Shown in pieces: positions 1-8,328 of a stretch of DNA of 11,854 nucleotides. The position numbers and the translations under genes were made by a program. Numbering within the stretch: position 1 is the stretch's first letter; each line of letters opens with the position of its first letter. The stretch covers positions 1 through 11,854 of the forward strand of contig JBHLNZ010000086.1 in the NCBI GenBank assembly GCA_048941015.1, written 5' to 3'. The DNA comes from Promethearchaeota archaeon. GTDB lineage: Archaea > Asgardarchaeota > Lokiarchaeia > Sigyniarchaeales > SOKP01. The notes beneath the pieces are model-generated. The model had not been told where the DNA came from and made no database searches. It was given only the letters and a program-made list of their open reading frames with translations.

Positions 1-24
1 TTTTAAAATTACTACAAATTAAAA

Positions 25-1287
25 ATGATTGATGAAAAATTAAAAAATTACATGTATAATTTCATTGAGGATGTTTGCAGCGATATAGGACCAAGAGAAT
101 CAGGTACTGAAGCAGAGATTCTTGCTGGTAATAAGATTGAAGATGAATTGAAAACTTTTTGTGATGAAACCTGTCAAGAAGAATATATAAGCAGTCCTCA
201 TGCTTTTCTAGGTGGGATAAGATATGGGGCTTTACTCGTTCTGGTTGCTGTGATTCTTTATTGGATGAGTTTACTTATTGATTTAAATGTACTTCAAATT
301 GAACCATATTTTAATACATTCTTTCTAATAATAGCAATAATATTGATTATAATCTCGGTAAGCTATTTCATATTGGAGACAATGAAATATTATGAAACAT
401 TTGATTTTATGTTTCCAAAAAAAAAGTCAAAGAATATTATTGGAACCATCAATCAATCAAGTGGAACTATAAAGACTACTATAATTTTTTCAGCACATCA
501 CGATTCTGCTTTTGAATTTAATACTTTCTATTATTTAAAAAGATATGGACAAATTATCATTAATGTGGGGTACCTAGCGGTAATTTTGATTTTAATTGGA
601 ATAATTTTTAAATTAATCTTCTTTCTTTTATCAATTAATTTTACAATATTCTTTTTTTCTGTAGGAATTCTGTATTTGTGTTTTACTCCTATTACAATCC
701 CCTATATTTTATTTCATAGTTATAAGCCAGTTCTAGGTGCTTATGATAATCTCTCCGGAGTTTCAGTTGTATTAGGAATAGGCAAATTTTTATTCGATAA
801 TAAAGAAAGTATACCAAAACATACAAGGGTTCATTTAATTTCTTTTGCTGGAGAAGAAGCAGGACTTAGAGGAGCAAAGCGATACGTTCTACAACACCAT
901 AAAGAATTAATTGATAATAAAACTATCGTTGTAAATCTAGATAGCATAGGTAAAAGAGAGATAATTATAATTCATAATAAAGAATCAGGAATAGGAGCTA
1001 AGCATGATCCAAAAATATATCAAAAAATTTTAAGGATTGCTAAAAATTTAAATCCAAATGCAAAAATCTTACCATTACCCTTTGGAGCTACAGATGCTGC
1101 TGCTTTTAGTAAAAAAGGGATTTCAGCGACTTCAATTGGCTCTCTCAATTTGAAAGAGGAATTAGCTCCTTACTATCATACTCGTAATGATACGCCAGAA
1201 ATTATCGATAAAGAAGCCTTAGGCCAATTTTTAGAAATATGTTTAAATTACCTTAAACATGTTGATGAAAATAAAGAAAATTCCTAA
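25..1287 (+). CDS. M28-family (clan MH) zinc metallopeptidase with inserted transmembrane hairpins
   Basis: Full M28 ligand set in order: FSAHHDS, GAYDNLSGV, FAGEEAGLRGA, NLDSIG, ATDAAAF, YYHTRNDT. Two long hydrophobic blocks (about aa 62-120 and 175-230) lie inside the catalytic domain. Confidence 0.9.
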   Translation: MIDEKLKNYMYNFIEDVCSDIGPRESGTEAEILAGNKIEDELKTFCDETCQEEYISSPHAFLGGIRYGALLVLVAVILYWMSLLIDLNVLQIEPYFNTFFLIIAIILIIISVSYFILETMKYYETFDFMFPKKKSKNIIGTINQSSGTIKTTIIFSAHHDSAFEFNTFYYLKRYGQIIINVGYLAVILILIGIIFKLIFFLLSINFTIFFFSVGILYLCFTPITIPYILFHSYKPVLGAYDNLSGVSVVLGIGKFLFDNKESIPKHTRVHLISFAGEEAGLRGAKRYVLQHHKELIDNKTIVVNLDSIGKREIIIIHNKESGIGAKHDPKIYQKILRIAKNLNPNAKILPLPFGATDAAAFSKKGISATSIGSLNLKEELAPYYHTRNDTPEIIDKEALGQFLEICLNYLKHVDENKENS

Positions 1288-1292
1288 TCAGC

Positions 1293-1679
1293 TCAATACA
1301 AAAATATTATTTTTCTAATATAATTCTCGATATTATCTAAAATTTTATTTATTTTTGAGTCTTTTTTCAAAATTAGTGTTAGAAATGTCTTTTTATCACA
1401 TTTTAAAATAATAATTGATTGTTTATCTAACTCTGCGATTACTTTTAAAATCTTTTTATCTCCTAAATTATTAGCAAGTCCTTCAGCGCTTTCTAATACC
1501 GAAGCACACATGGAAGAGAAAAGATCAGAATCTATTTCACCTTCAGGTTCTTCTCTTATAAGTTGTCCATCTCTACTAGAGAACAAAACCGCCTTAAAAT
1601 TTCCCTCCTTTCTTATCTCTTTTAGAATTCCTCCTAATTTTAGGGATTTAATTGTATCAGATGGTTCTATTTTATTCAT
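1293..1679 (-). CDS. Roadblock/LC7 domain protein (divergent paralog)
   Basis: 128 aa. The pattern helix - AVLFSSRDGQLI - DSDLFSSMCASVLESAEGL - three beta strands - helix matches the roadblock fold and aligns by eye with the paralog at 9656. Confidence 0.8.
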   Translation of the reverse strand: MNKIEPSDTIKSLKLGGILKEIRKEGNFKAVLFSSRDGQLIREEPEGEIDSDLFSSMCASVLESAEGLANNLGDKKILKVIAELDKQSIIILKCDKKTFLTLILKKDSKINKILDNIENYIRKIIFLY

Positions 1680-1745
1680 TTTTTATGAAGTAATCTATCT
1701 AATAATAAATAGTTTAATTAATGAGAGTATAAAATTCTATACTAT

Positions 1746-3158
1746 ATGGAGAACATAAAATTTGATAAGGAAATAATACAATTTATTCAAGCTAGTAATG
1801 AGCAGTTTATAAAGAACGATTTGCGAGAATTCCTAAAAATTGCAAGCTACTCTTTAAATAAGGAAGGCATTTTAAAAGCTAGAGATTATATAATTTCTTA
1901 TCTCTCTGAAATTTGTGATGATATCCAAGTAATTGAGGGTATAGTAAATCCTTTAATAATCGCTAAAGTTGAAGGTCAATTAAAAAAATTTTTACTCGTT
2001 TATTCAATGTATGACACTCAACCCATAAGCAATCAAAAAAATTGGATAAGTCCACCATTTGAAGCCGCAGTAAAAAAATTTTCAAATGAATTGAGTAAAC
2101 TTAATGATTGTATAATAGCAAGAGGCGCTTATAATTCAAAAACTCCTTTAATGTGCTTTTTAAATGTTATAAAAATTTTGAAACAAAAGAAAAAATTACC
2201 AATTTCCCTTCTCTTAATATTTGATGGTGAAGAAGAAATTGGTTCTCCTACTTTATTAAAATTACTTGATGAAAGAAAAGAATTATTTAACATTTGTATC
2301 GATGCTTATTATCCCTCATCCAAACAAGACTTAAAAGGTAAGTCTATACTTAAACTTGGCTATAAAGGGATTTTGTCATTAACACTTGAAGTAACTTCAA
2401 AGAATCAAGAGCCACACTCTGCATTTGCTTCAATGATTCCCAATCCAGCTATTGATTTAATAGATTTACTTAATAAAATCTATTCTTATGGCGAATTTCA
2501 TATCAATTCACTAAATAAACCATACCGTCTCTCAAAACAAGAGAAGTTATTAATTGATAAATTATTAGGAACAGTTAATATAGAAGATATTAAAACTAAG
2601 GCAGGAATTTCCCAAATTACTGAAAAGGATTATAAGAAAGCATTTTACAATTACATATTTAATCCCACTTTCAATATTTCTACTTTTAAATCAGGTTATC
2701 TAGGAGAAGGGATTAAAAATATGGTTCCTAATAAGGCATTATGTAACGTTGATATTAGATTTGCACATAACATCTTAATTGAGGATATTTATAGAGAAAT
2801 TAATGAAATTGTAAAAAATTTTATCCAAAATTCAAAATCTGATATTAAATTAATAAGAAATATAGGCTATGAAGGTTCGAGAGTCAATTTAAATTCAACA
2901 TTAGCCCAAAGTTTGTTAAAGAGTTTTGAAATATTAGATATATCAACAGAAATTTGGCCTATAAGTGCAGCAGCAGCACCTTTAAGCACAATTCAAAAGG
3001 CATTAGGCATTGATTTTGTGGTTGGTGGTTTAGGCATTGGTGGTTTTGCCCACGCTCCAAATGAATTTATTCAAATCAATTCAATAATCAATACACGTTT
3101 ATCTAATTACTACTTTTTACAGATATATGCAAATAATAGAAGTATGAATAATAATTAA
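1746..3158 (+). CDS. M20/M25/M40-family metallohydrolase (ArgE/DapE/dipeptidase-like)
   Basis: Motifs YSMYDTQP, ARGAYNSK, DGEEEIGS, LGYKG, PHSA...NPA, NMVPNKA...DIRF (dimerisation domain) and AHAPNE. Confidence 0.88.
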   Translation: MENIKFDKEIIQFIQASNEQFIKNDLREFLKIASYSLNKEGILKARDYIISYLSEICDDIQVIEGIVNPLIIAKVEGQLKKFLLVYSMYDTQPISNQKNWISPPFEAAVKKFSNELSKLNDCIIARGAYNSKTPLMCFLNVIKILKQKKKLPISLLLIFDGEEEIGSPTLLKLLDERKELFNICIDAYYPSSKQDLKGKSILKLGYKGILSLTLEVTSKNQEPHSAFASMIPNPAIDLIDLLNKIYSYGEFHINSLNKPYRLSKQEKLLIDKLLGTVNIEDIKTKAGISQITEKDYKKAFYNYIFNPTFNISTFKSGYLGEGIKNMVPNKALCNVDIRFAHNILIEDIYREINEIVKNFIQNSKSDIKLIRNIGYEGSRVNLNSTLAQSLLKSFEILDISTEIWPISAAAAPLSTIQKALGIDFVVGGLGIGGFAHAPNEFIQINSIINTRLSNYYFLQIYANNRSMNNN

Positions 3159-4318
3159 TATGAATGAAATAACCCACTAAATCCTCGTTGTTTGGATTTA
3201 ATAACTTGGTGTGGGCACACCTCCATGCAACAAAGACAGGAAATACACTGTTTCCTTAAAAACTTAGGATACTTATTATCATCCATTTCAATAGCGTTTG
3301 CAGGACATACTTCATAACATTTTTTACAGTGTTTGCATAATTTTTTTTTAACTTTTGGAATTCTCTTAGTAACTTTATATACAATTCGTCCTGTAATAAA
3401 ACTTGCAAGTTTAGTCATTCTCCTTCCTGGAACTTTAAATTTTGGAATTAATTTTTTTGCTTCTTCCAGCTTTAATCCTATAATTTCAATATTATTCAAA
3501 TTAGATACTCCTAATCCCCTTTCACATGCATTTTTTAGATGTGGAACAAATTTTTTCCCATTAAACCTTCCAAGCTCTAGAGCAACTAAATCTAAAGCTA
3601 ATTCATCAGTACCAACCATGAGAAGATTCCACTCTTTCATCGGACCAGAAACTGGACCCGTTGGACCTTGCATAACTTTTTGTAAATCGTATATGATTAA
3701 GCGATTAGGCTTATTTTGGACAATCCAAGAATAATTATCGACCAATGCTTCTCCAAATTCATCTGGATTTTTTCCTAATAAATGAAATTTAGCTTTTAAA
3801 CCGCCTGGAATGACGCCCCAATAATTTTTAATAGCTCCCGTAATTGTAGCTTCCCCATGAGTTTTTAGCTTTGGCAAATTTATTAATAAATCACAATCTT
3901 TAACAGGTTTTGATATATAATAATCATTTAGTCTTAAAGCTCCATTTATGGTTTCCTTAATAGGAACCTCTTTTGTAAAGTCGACAAAGGTTACTCCTTC
4001 CTTCTCACAGATGTCATATAATCCAACCTTTTTAGCAATTTCAGATGCAAAGGTATCGCTTTGACCAGGGGAATCTCCTATCTTTACATTTTCCATAAAA
4101 ACACCCGCTTGTTGTAGATATTTTATAACACCTTCTACAAACTCAGGTTGAGTACATGCATCTTTATTTGCTCTTAATAAATTTGGTTTTAAAAGTATAT
4201 TACTAAAATTTTTAGCATCAAAATCTATACTTTTTTCAATTAGCCTTATAGCTTCAATTACAGCATCAGAAATAGTTTCATATTCATCGATTTTTACAAT
4301 AGCGATTTGAGTTGACAC
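3155..4318 (-). CDS. DUF362 domain protein with C-terminal 2x[4Fe-4S] ferredoxin domain
   Basis: LLKPNL, T.PEFV, IGDSPG and INLPKLKTHG...ITGAIKN.WG are DUF362 motifs. Two CxxCxxCxxxCP motifs (CKHCKKCYEVCP, CISCLCCMEVCP). GTG start preceded by SD-like AGGGGA. Confidence 0.9.
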   Translation of the reverse strand: MSTQIAIVKIDEYETISDAVIEAIRLIEKSIDFDAKNFSNILLKPNLLRANKDACTQPEFVEGVIKYLQQAGVFMENVKIGDSPGQSDTFASEIAKKVGLYDICEKEGVTFVDFTKEVPIKETINGALRLNDYYISKPVKDCDLLINLPKLKTHGEATITGAIKNYWGVIPGGLKAKFHLLGKNPDEFGEALVDNYSWIVQNKPNRLIIYDLQKVMQGPTGPVSGPMKEWNLLMVGTDELALDLVALELGRFNGKKFVPHLKNACERGLGVSNLNNIEIIGLKLEEAKKLIPKFKVPGRRMTKLASFITGRIVYKVTKRIPKVKKKLCKHCKKCYEVCPANAIEMDDNKYPKFLRKQCISCLCCMEVCPHQVIKSKQRGFSGLFHSY

Positions 4319-4595
4319 AATATCCCCTATAAATAAGATATATTTCGATCAATTAAAATATGTCCCTTATAAAAGTCTCCCAATTAATTCGTAAATTAAA
4401 AAAAATCCTTTTCAAAAATATTTATTTGTACATTTAAAAAAAAAGTCTATCATTTCATAATACAGTAATAACTTATTTTTAAAAATAAACTAATATTATA
4501 AATATAATTATAAATTAAATAAGACCAAAGAATAAAGTATTTTAAAAGAAAAGCCAACACTAATTATATAGTAGCTTTTAAACCAGTTGATAGTT

Positions 4596-5135
4596 ATGAG
4601 CCAATCTGATGCGATGTTTAAGATCTGCCTATTTGGAGATGGAGGAGTGGGAAAAACCACATTAGTAACTAGATATCTTACGGGAGTTTTCAAAGGTAAT
4701 TCCACAATTACAATTGGTGTTGATTTTCATGTTAAAAAATTAGAAGTAGAAGATAAGAAAGTTTCCCTTCAAATATGGGACTTTGCTGGAGAAGATAGGT
4801 TTAGATTCTTATTACCAAGCTATGTTGTCGGTGCTTCTGGTGGAATCTTTATGTATGACATTACTCGTTATTCAAGTTTGAAAAATTTTGATGATTGGAT
4901 AAAGATATTTAAAAAGGGATTTATTGGCGATAAAATACAATTACCTGTAATTATGGTTGGAGGTAAATTGGATTTGCAATATAAACGTGCAGTTTCAACT
5001 AAAGAGGCATTTGAATTGGCAAAAGCACATAATCTTTATGGTTTTGTTGAATGTTCATCAAAGGACGGTCAAAATGTTGAAGAAATTTTCAATGAGATTG
5101 CTAAATTAATGCTACATAGAGCAGAATTAATTTAA
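4596..5135 (+). CDS. Rab-like small GTPase (Ras superfamily; Asgard eukaryotic signature protein)
   Basis: G1 GDGGVGKT, G2/RabF1 TIGVDF, LQIWDFAGE (G3), RFRFL, YVVGA, MYDIT, GGKLD (G4), ECSSK (G5). I prefer ATG 4596 over the track's TTG 4587. Confidence 0.95.
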   Translation: MSQSDAMFKICLFGDGGVGKTTLVTRYLTGVFKGNSTITIGVDFHVKKLEVEDKKVSLQIWDFAGEDRFRFLLPSYVVGASGGIFMYDITRYSSLKNFDDWIKIFKKGFIGDKIQLPVIMVGGKLDLQYKRAVSTKEAFELAKAHNLYGFVECSSKDGQNVEEIFNEIAKLMLHRAELI

Positions 5136-5163
5136 GAGTAAAGGTTTTTAATCAAATTAGAAA

Positions 5164-5499
5164 TTATTTTAAAATCATTTCTCCCTTATTAATTAGATAT
5201 AATAAATGGGAAGCATACATATTTTTATTACCAATATAGGAATACTCAACTTGATTTTCCTTTCTTTTCCTATAAATTGATTCAAAAATAAGCACATCCT
5301 GTCCTAAATTAATATTTTTTTTATAACTATGAATAATTAGATTATCAGAATAATATTCTACTCTTTTAAGATGATTTCGTGCATTATTAATTTCATTTTC
5401 TACTTCATTAGCGAATTTTTCTACTTTATCTTCAAAAACCACATTAATTTCGCTAAGGGAATTTAAATTTTGAATTTTATTCATATTTAACTTTTCCAT
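5164..5499 (-). CDS. Hypothetical protein (N-terminal helical/coiled-coil-like segment)
   Basis: 111-aa ATG ORF filling an otherwise empty gap, with a perfect SD AAGGAGGT 7 nt upstream. No family recognised. Confidence 0.7.
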   Translation of the reverse strand: MEKLNMNKIQNLNSLSEINVVFEDKVEKFANEVENEINNARNHLKRVEYYSDNLIIHSYKKNINLGQDVLIFESIYRKRKENQVEYSYIGNKNMYASHLLYLINKGEMILK

Positions 5500-5506
5500 C
5501 TAAATA

Positions 5507-5514
5507 ACCTCCTT
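5507..5514 (-). promoter_or_regulatory. Shine-Dalgarno sequence AAGGAGGT of the 111-aa ORF
   Basis: Minus strand reads ...tttAAGGAGGTtatttagATG. Confidence 0.75.
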
Positions 5515-5611
5515 AAAGTCGGCTCCTAAATACCTTATAACCACTATCAATAAAAAAGAGGTTATATTTAACTTTTTATTTATAGATAAAAGTTCTTAAA
5601 AAAATAATAGA

Positions 5612-6457
5612 TTAAGTGAAAATTTCACTTAAATTTTTAATGATTAAATCTGGAAATAAGTCTTTATCGATACCTTTAGCTTTTGAAACTTGCATTTTCA
5701 ATTCTTCAACCATCCTATAGTTAGTTACTCCTGTCAATACTAAAACGGTCTTAATTTTTGCACGATTTCCAGCCAATATGTCAGTATCTAAACGATCTCC
5801 GAAAATAGCTACTTGTTTTGGACTCATTTTATTTTCAGTTAAGATTGATTTAATTCCACAAGAATCCGGTTTACCAAAAATCTTAATTGGTTTAGTTGAA
5901 GTACATACTTCTATCGCTTTTACCATAACCCCCGCGCCTGGTAATAACCCATTCGCAATAGGTAATGTTGTATCTGTATTTGTCGCATAAAACTGTGCTT
6001 TTCCTTTCAAAATTGATTTCTGGGCAAAAGCAATATCATTATAATTAAAATTCCGATCTAAACCTACAACTACAAAATCTATTTCATCAAACTGCCCTTT
6101 ATTTGAGATAATAGTATGCCCCATTGCTTCCAATTCTTCTTGTAATCCAATTTCTCCTATTACGAATACTTTAGAGTTTTGCTTTATTTTAGTAATTTCT
6201 GATGCTGTTATTGAAGCACTAGTATAAAAATCTGAGACTTTACTATCAATATTATACTTTTTTAATCGATCTACATACATCTGACGCGTTGCTGTTGAGT
6301 TATTTGAATTATATACTACTCTAATTGAAAGTTCTTTTAAATCTTGAATCGTTTTATCTACAGAAGGTAATAATTTATCTCCGCGATAAATAACTCCATC
6401 TAGATCAAAGATTGCTAACTTTATTTCTTTCAAATCCTTAATTAATTGTTTTTTCAT
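5612..6457 (-). CDS. HAD-superfamily subfamily IIA hydrolase (NagD/pNPPase-like phosphatase)
   Basis: Motif I FDLDGVIY, motif II SNNS, C2a cap (VVVGLDRNF...ATNTD...PGAG), motif III GKP, motif IV GDRLDTDILAG, and VLTGV. Confidence 0.95.
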   Translation of the reverse strand: MKKQLIKDLKEIKLAIFDLDGVIYRGDKLLPSVDKTIQDLKELSIRVVYNSNNSTATRQMYVDRLKKYNIDSKVSDFYTSASITASEITKIKQNSKVFVIGEIGLQEELEAMGHTIISNKGQFDEIDFVVVGLDRNFNYNDIAFAQKSILKGKAQFYATNTDTTLPIANGLLPGAGVMVKAIEVCTSTKPIKIFGKPDSCGIKSILTENKMSPKQVAIFGDRLDTDILAGNRAKIKTVLVLTGVTNYRMVEELKMQVSKAKGIDKDLFPDLIIKNLSEIFT

Positions 6458-6487
6458 TTCAAAACTCTGAATAGATTAATTTATAGT

Positions 6488-7642
6488 TTAAAACCATCCT
6501 ACTGGTAACCCCAATAAGAGGATAAAAAGCTGAATTCCAATGGGAATAAAAATTGGATTTAAAATATTATCTGCGATATAAGTAGGGAAATAATCTGTAA
6601 CAAAGAAAATTATTGCTCCAATTATCGCATAAATCGGTCCAACAAAGATTAAACCGATAAGATAAGCAACAATTGTGCCAGCAAGAAATCCTTCGAGAGA
6701 TTTAAGACCTCTTTTTCTAAACTTAATTTTATGTTTTCCATATTTACGGCCAATTAATGCTGCTGAAGCATCTGATAGACAAGCAATTATTATTCCTGCA
6801 AAGAAAACTGAAATATCAATTAATCCAATCATATAAAGCATATAGGAAAAAACGAAACCAGTAATAATATAGATTTGAGGCCCTGCTGCATTCAATTCCT
6901 TATTCCTTAACATCGATTTTGTTAAAAAGTTAAAGACCGAATATTCAGGTCCCCAGATAATCCTTATCACATCAGATACTAAAGCAAATACTAAGGATCC
7001 AATAAGTGCCATCATTGTGAGATCAATTATGGCGCGGGGATCACCCATTACATAAGGAAAATCCAAAAAGCTCCCCCATAAAAAGTTATAAGAAGGTTCA
7101 ACTTGCTGTATTAATAAAATTACACCATCACTAATAAGTTGGGTGACTGGTGGAATAAAAAAGAAACCATAATAAGCTACCAAGATTAATAATCCCATTA
7201 GATGAAAACTCTTACGGATATATTCCATTTTTAACGAAATATCTTCTCGATAAGGATTTTCTTTTGTCATTCTTAAAATATATCTTTCTAATATAGATTC
7301 TTTTTCATTAAATCCCATTTTGTCATTAATATTTCCCTTTTTTAAGGATATTTTCTTCTTAACTCTCTTTATCATCCAAAAAAAGATAGCATTGAAAATT
7401 ATATTGAACCCTATCCACCATACAAAAAATCCACTATAAGGGAATGGAAAAAAAGATCTAATCGAATTAAAATAACCAAAAACAATGAAAAGTAAAGCGG
7501 TTAATGATGTTGAAATACAACCATATTGATTATCAGATCTATACCCTTTTCTTGCGATAAAAAACATCACTAAAGCAAGTAAGAAGAAGAATAGTGAAAA
7601 TGTGGTGTTATATAAACCTTCAATTACTTCCCAATATTCCAT
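6488..7642 (-). CDS. CTP-dependent diacylglycerol/polyprenol kinase family membrane protein (SEC59/DGK1/VTE5-like)
   Basis: Multi-pass membrane protein with RKSFH and the CTP-binding signature SDASAALIGRKYG...KSLEGFLAG, plus IADNIL. Start is ATG 7642 (or the track's TTG 7651). Confidence 0.85.
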   Translation of the reverse strand: MEYWEVIEGLYNTTFSLFFFLLALVMFFIARKGYRSDNQYGCISTSLTALLFIVFGYFNSIRSFFPFPYSGFFVWWIGFNIIFNAIFFWMIKRVKKKISLKKGNINDKMGFNEKESILERYILRMTKENPYREDISLKMEYIRKSFHLMGLLILVAYYGFFFIPPVTQLISDGVILLIQQVEPSYNFLWGSFLDFPYVMGDPRAIIDLTMMALIGSLVFALVSDVIRIIWGPEYSVFNFLTKSMLRNKELNAAGPQIYIITGFVFSYMLYMIGLIDISVFFAGIIIACLSDASAALIGRKYGKHKIKFRKRGLKSLEGFLAGTIVAYLIGLIFVGPIYAIIGAIIFFVTDYFPTYIADNILNPIFIPIGIQLFILLLGLPVGWF

Positions 7643-7760
7643 GACAAACAAATAAATGACTAATATTAATTATTTTTATAATTAATTATCAAATAATTAT
7701 TCTTTCATTTATTTAATTATTAAGTAATAAAAAAAAATAATAGACGTATGTTGAAAAAGA

Positions 7761-8315
7761 ATGAATGATTTAAGCAGAGAAAAAGAAAAGGGTTTTGATT
7801 CTGAATATCTAAATGATGTGTTAGATAAAAAAATTGAAGTTGGTGATCAATATCAAACTCCAGGATTTGGTTTAGCAGCTCAACTATTCTCTACTGTTGC
7901 TAAGCATGTAATGGAAAAATTAGGTCCTGAGGAAGGTGAAAAACTTCTTAAACAGGCTGTGGAAGATTTTGGTTATATGAGGGGTAAACATATTGCCAAT
8001 AAAGTAATAGCTGAAAATAAATTTTTAACTTTTAAAAACTGGTTAATATATACTGATATAGATTCTTTAAAAAACTTTAGACCCATTACGAGTACACCAA
8101 ATGGAGATTTTCTCGTAAAAGTTAAACATTGCACCTTCTATAACGCTGCTGAAGAATGGGGATTAGGTGAGTATGCTAAAATATATTGTAAATATGTTGA
8201 TTATAAAATCCTTGAAGGTTATAATCCTGATATAAAGATGCAACTAGAGGCTCGTCAATTTACGGGAAAAAATCGTTGCGTTTTTCGTTACATAATGAAA
8301 GAAGAAAATAAATAG
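7761..8315 (+). CDS. L-2-amino-thiazoline-4-carboxylic acid hydrolase-like protein (ATC_hydrolase; V4R/H-NOX-like fold)
   Basis: LGPEEGEKLLKQAVEDFG..RG helix followed by the three-Cys pattern HCTFY...W....YAKIYCKYVD...GYNP...G...CVFRY. Confidence 0.8.
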   Translation: MNDLSREKEKGFDSEYLNDVLDKKIEVGDQYQTPGFGLAAQLFSTVAKHVMEKLGPEEGEKLLKQAVEDFGYMRGKHIANKVIAENKFLTFKNWLIYTDIDSLKNFRPITSTPNGDFLVKVKHCTFYNAAEEWGLGEYAKIYCKYVDYKILEGYNPDIKMQLEARQFTGKNRCVFRYIMKEENK

Positions 8316-8328
8316 ATCTAATAAAAGA

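Noticed and set aside
1287-1295. TGA stop of the roadblock gene as possible selenocysteine recoding
   Set aside because: The domain is already complete, read-through would run into the convergent M28 gene, and there is no Cys-equivalent context or SECIS-like stem.
1510-1758. 82-aa + strand ORF
   Set aside because: Antisense shadow of the roadblock gene that also crosses the divergent promoter; no motif.
3333-3734. 133-aa + strand ORF
   Set aside because: Entirely antisense to the DUF362 gene; no family signal.
4473-4488. Perfect 16-bp palindrome TTATTTTTAAAAATAA in the DUF362/GTPase divergent spacer
   Set aside because: A/T-only within a very AT-rich spacer; plausible by chance and no second copy seen.
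4508-4705. 65-aa - strand ORF
   Set aside because: Antisense to the GTPase P-loop region.
5778-5990. 70-aa + strand ORF
   Set aside because: Antisense to the HAD gene.
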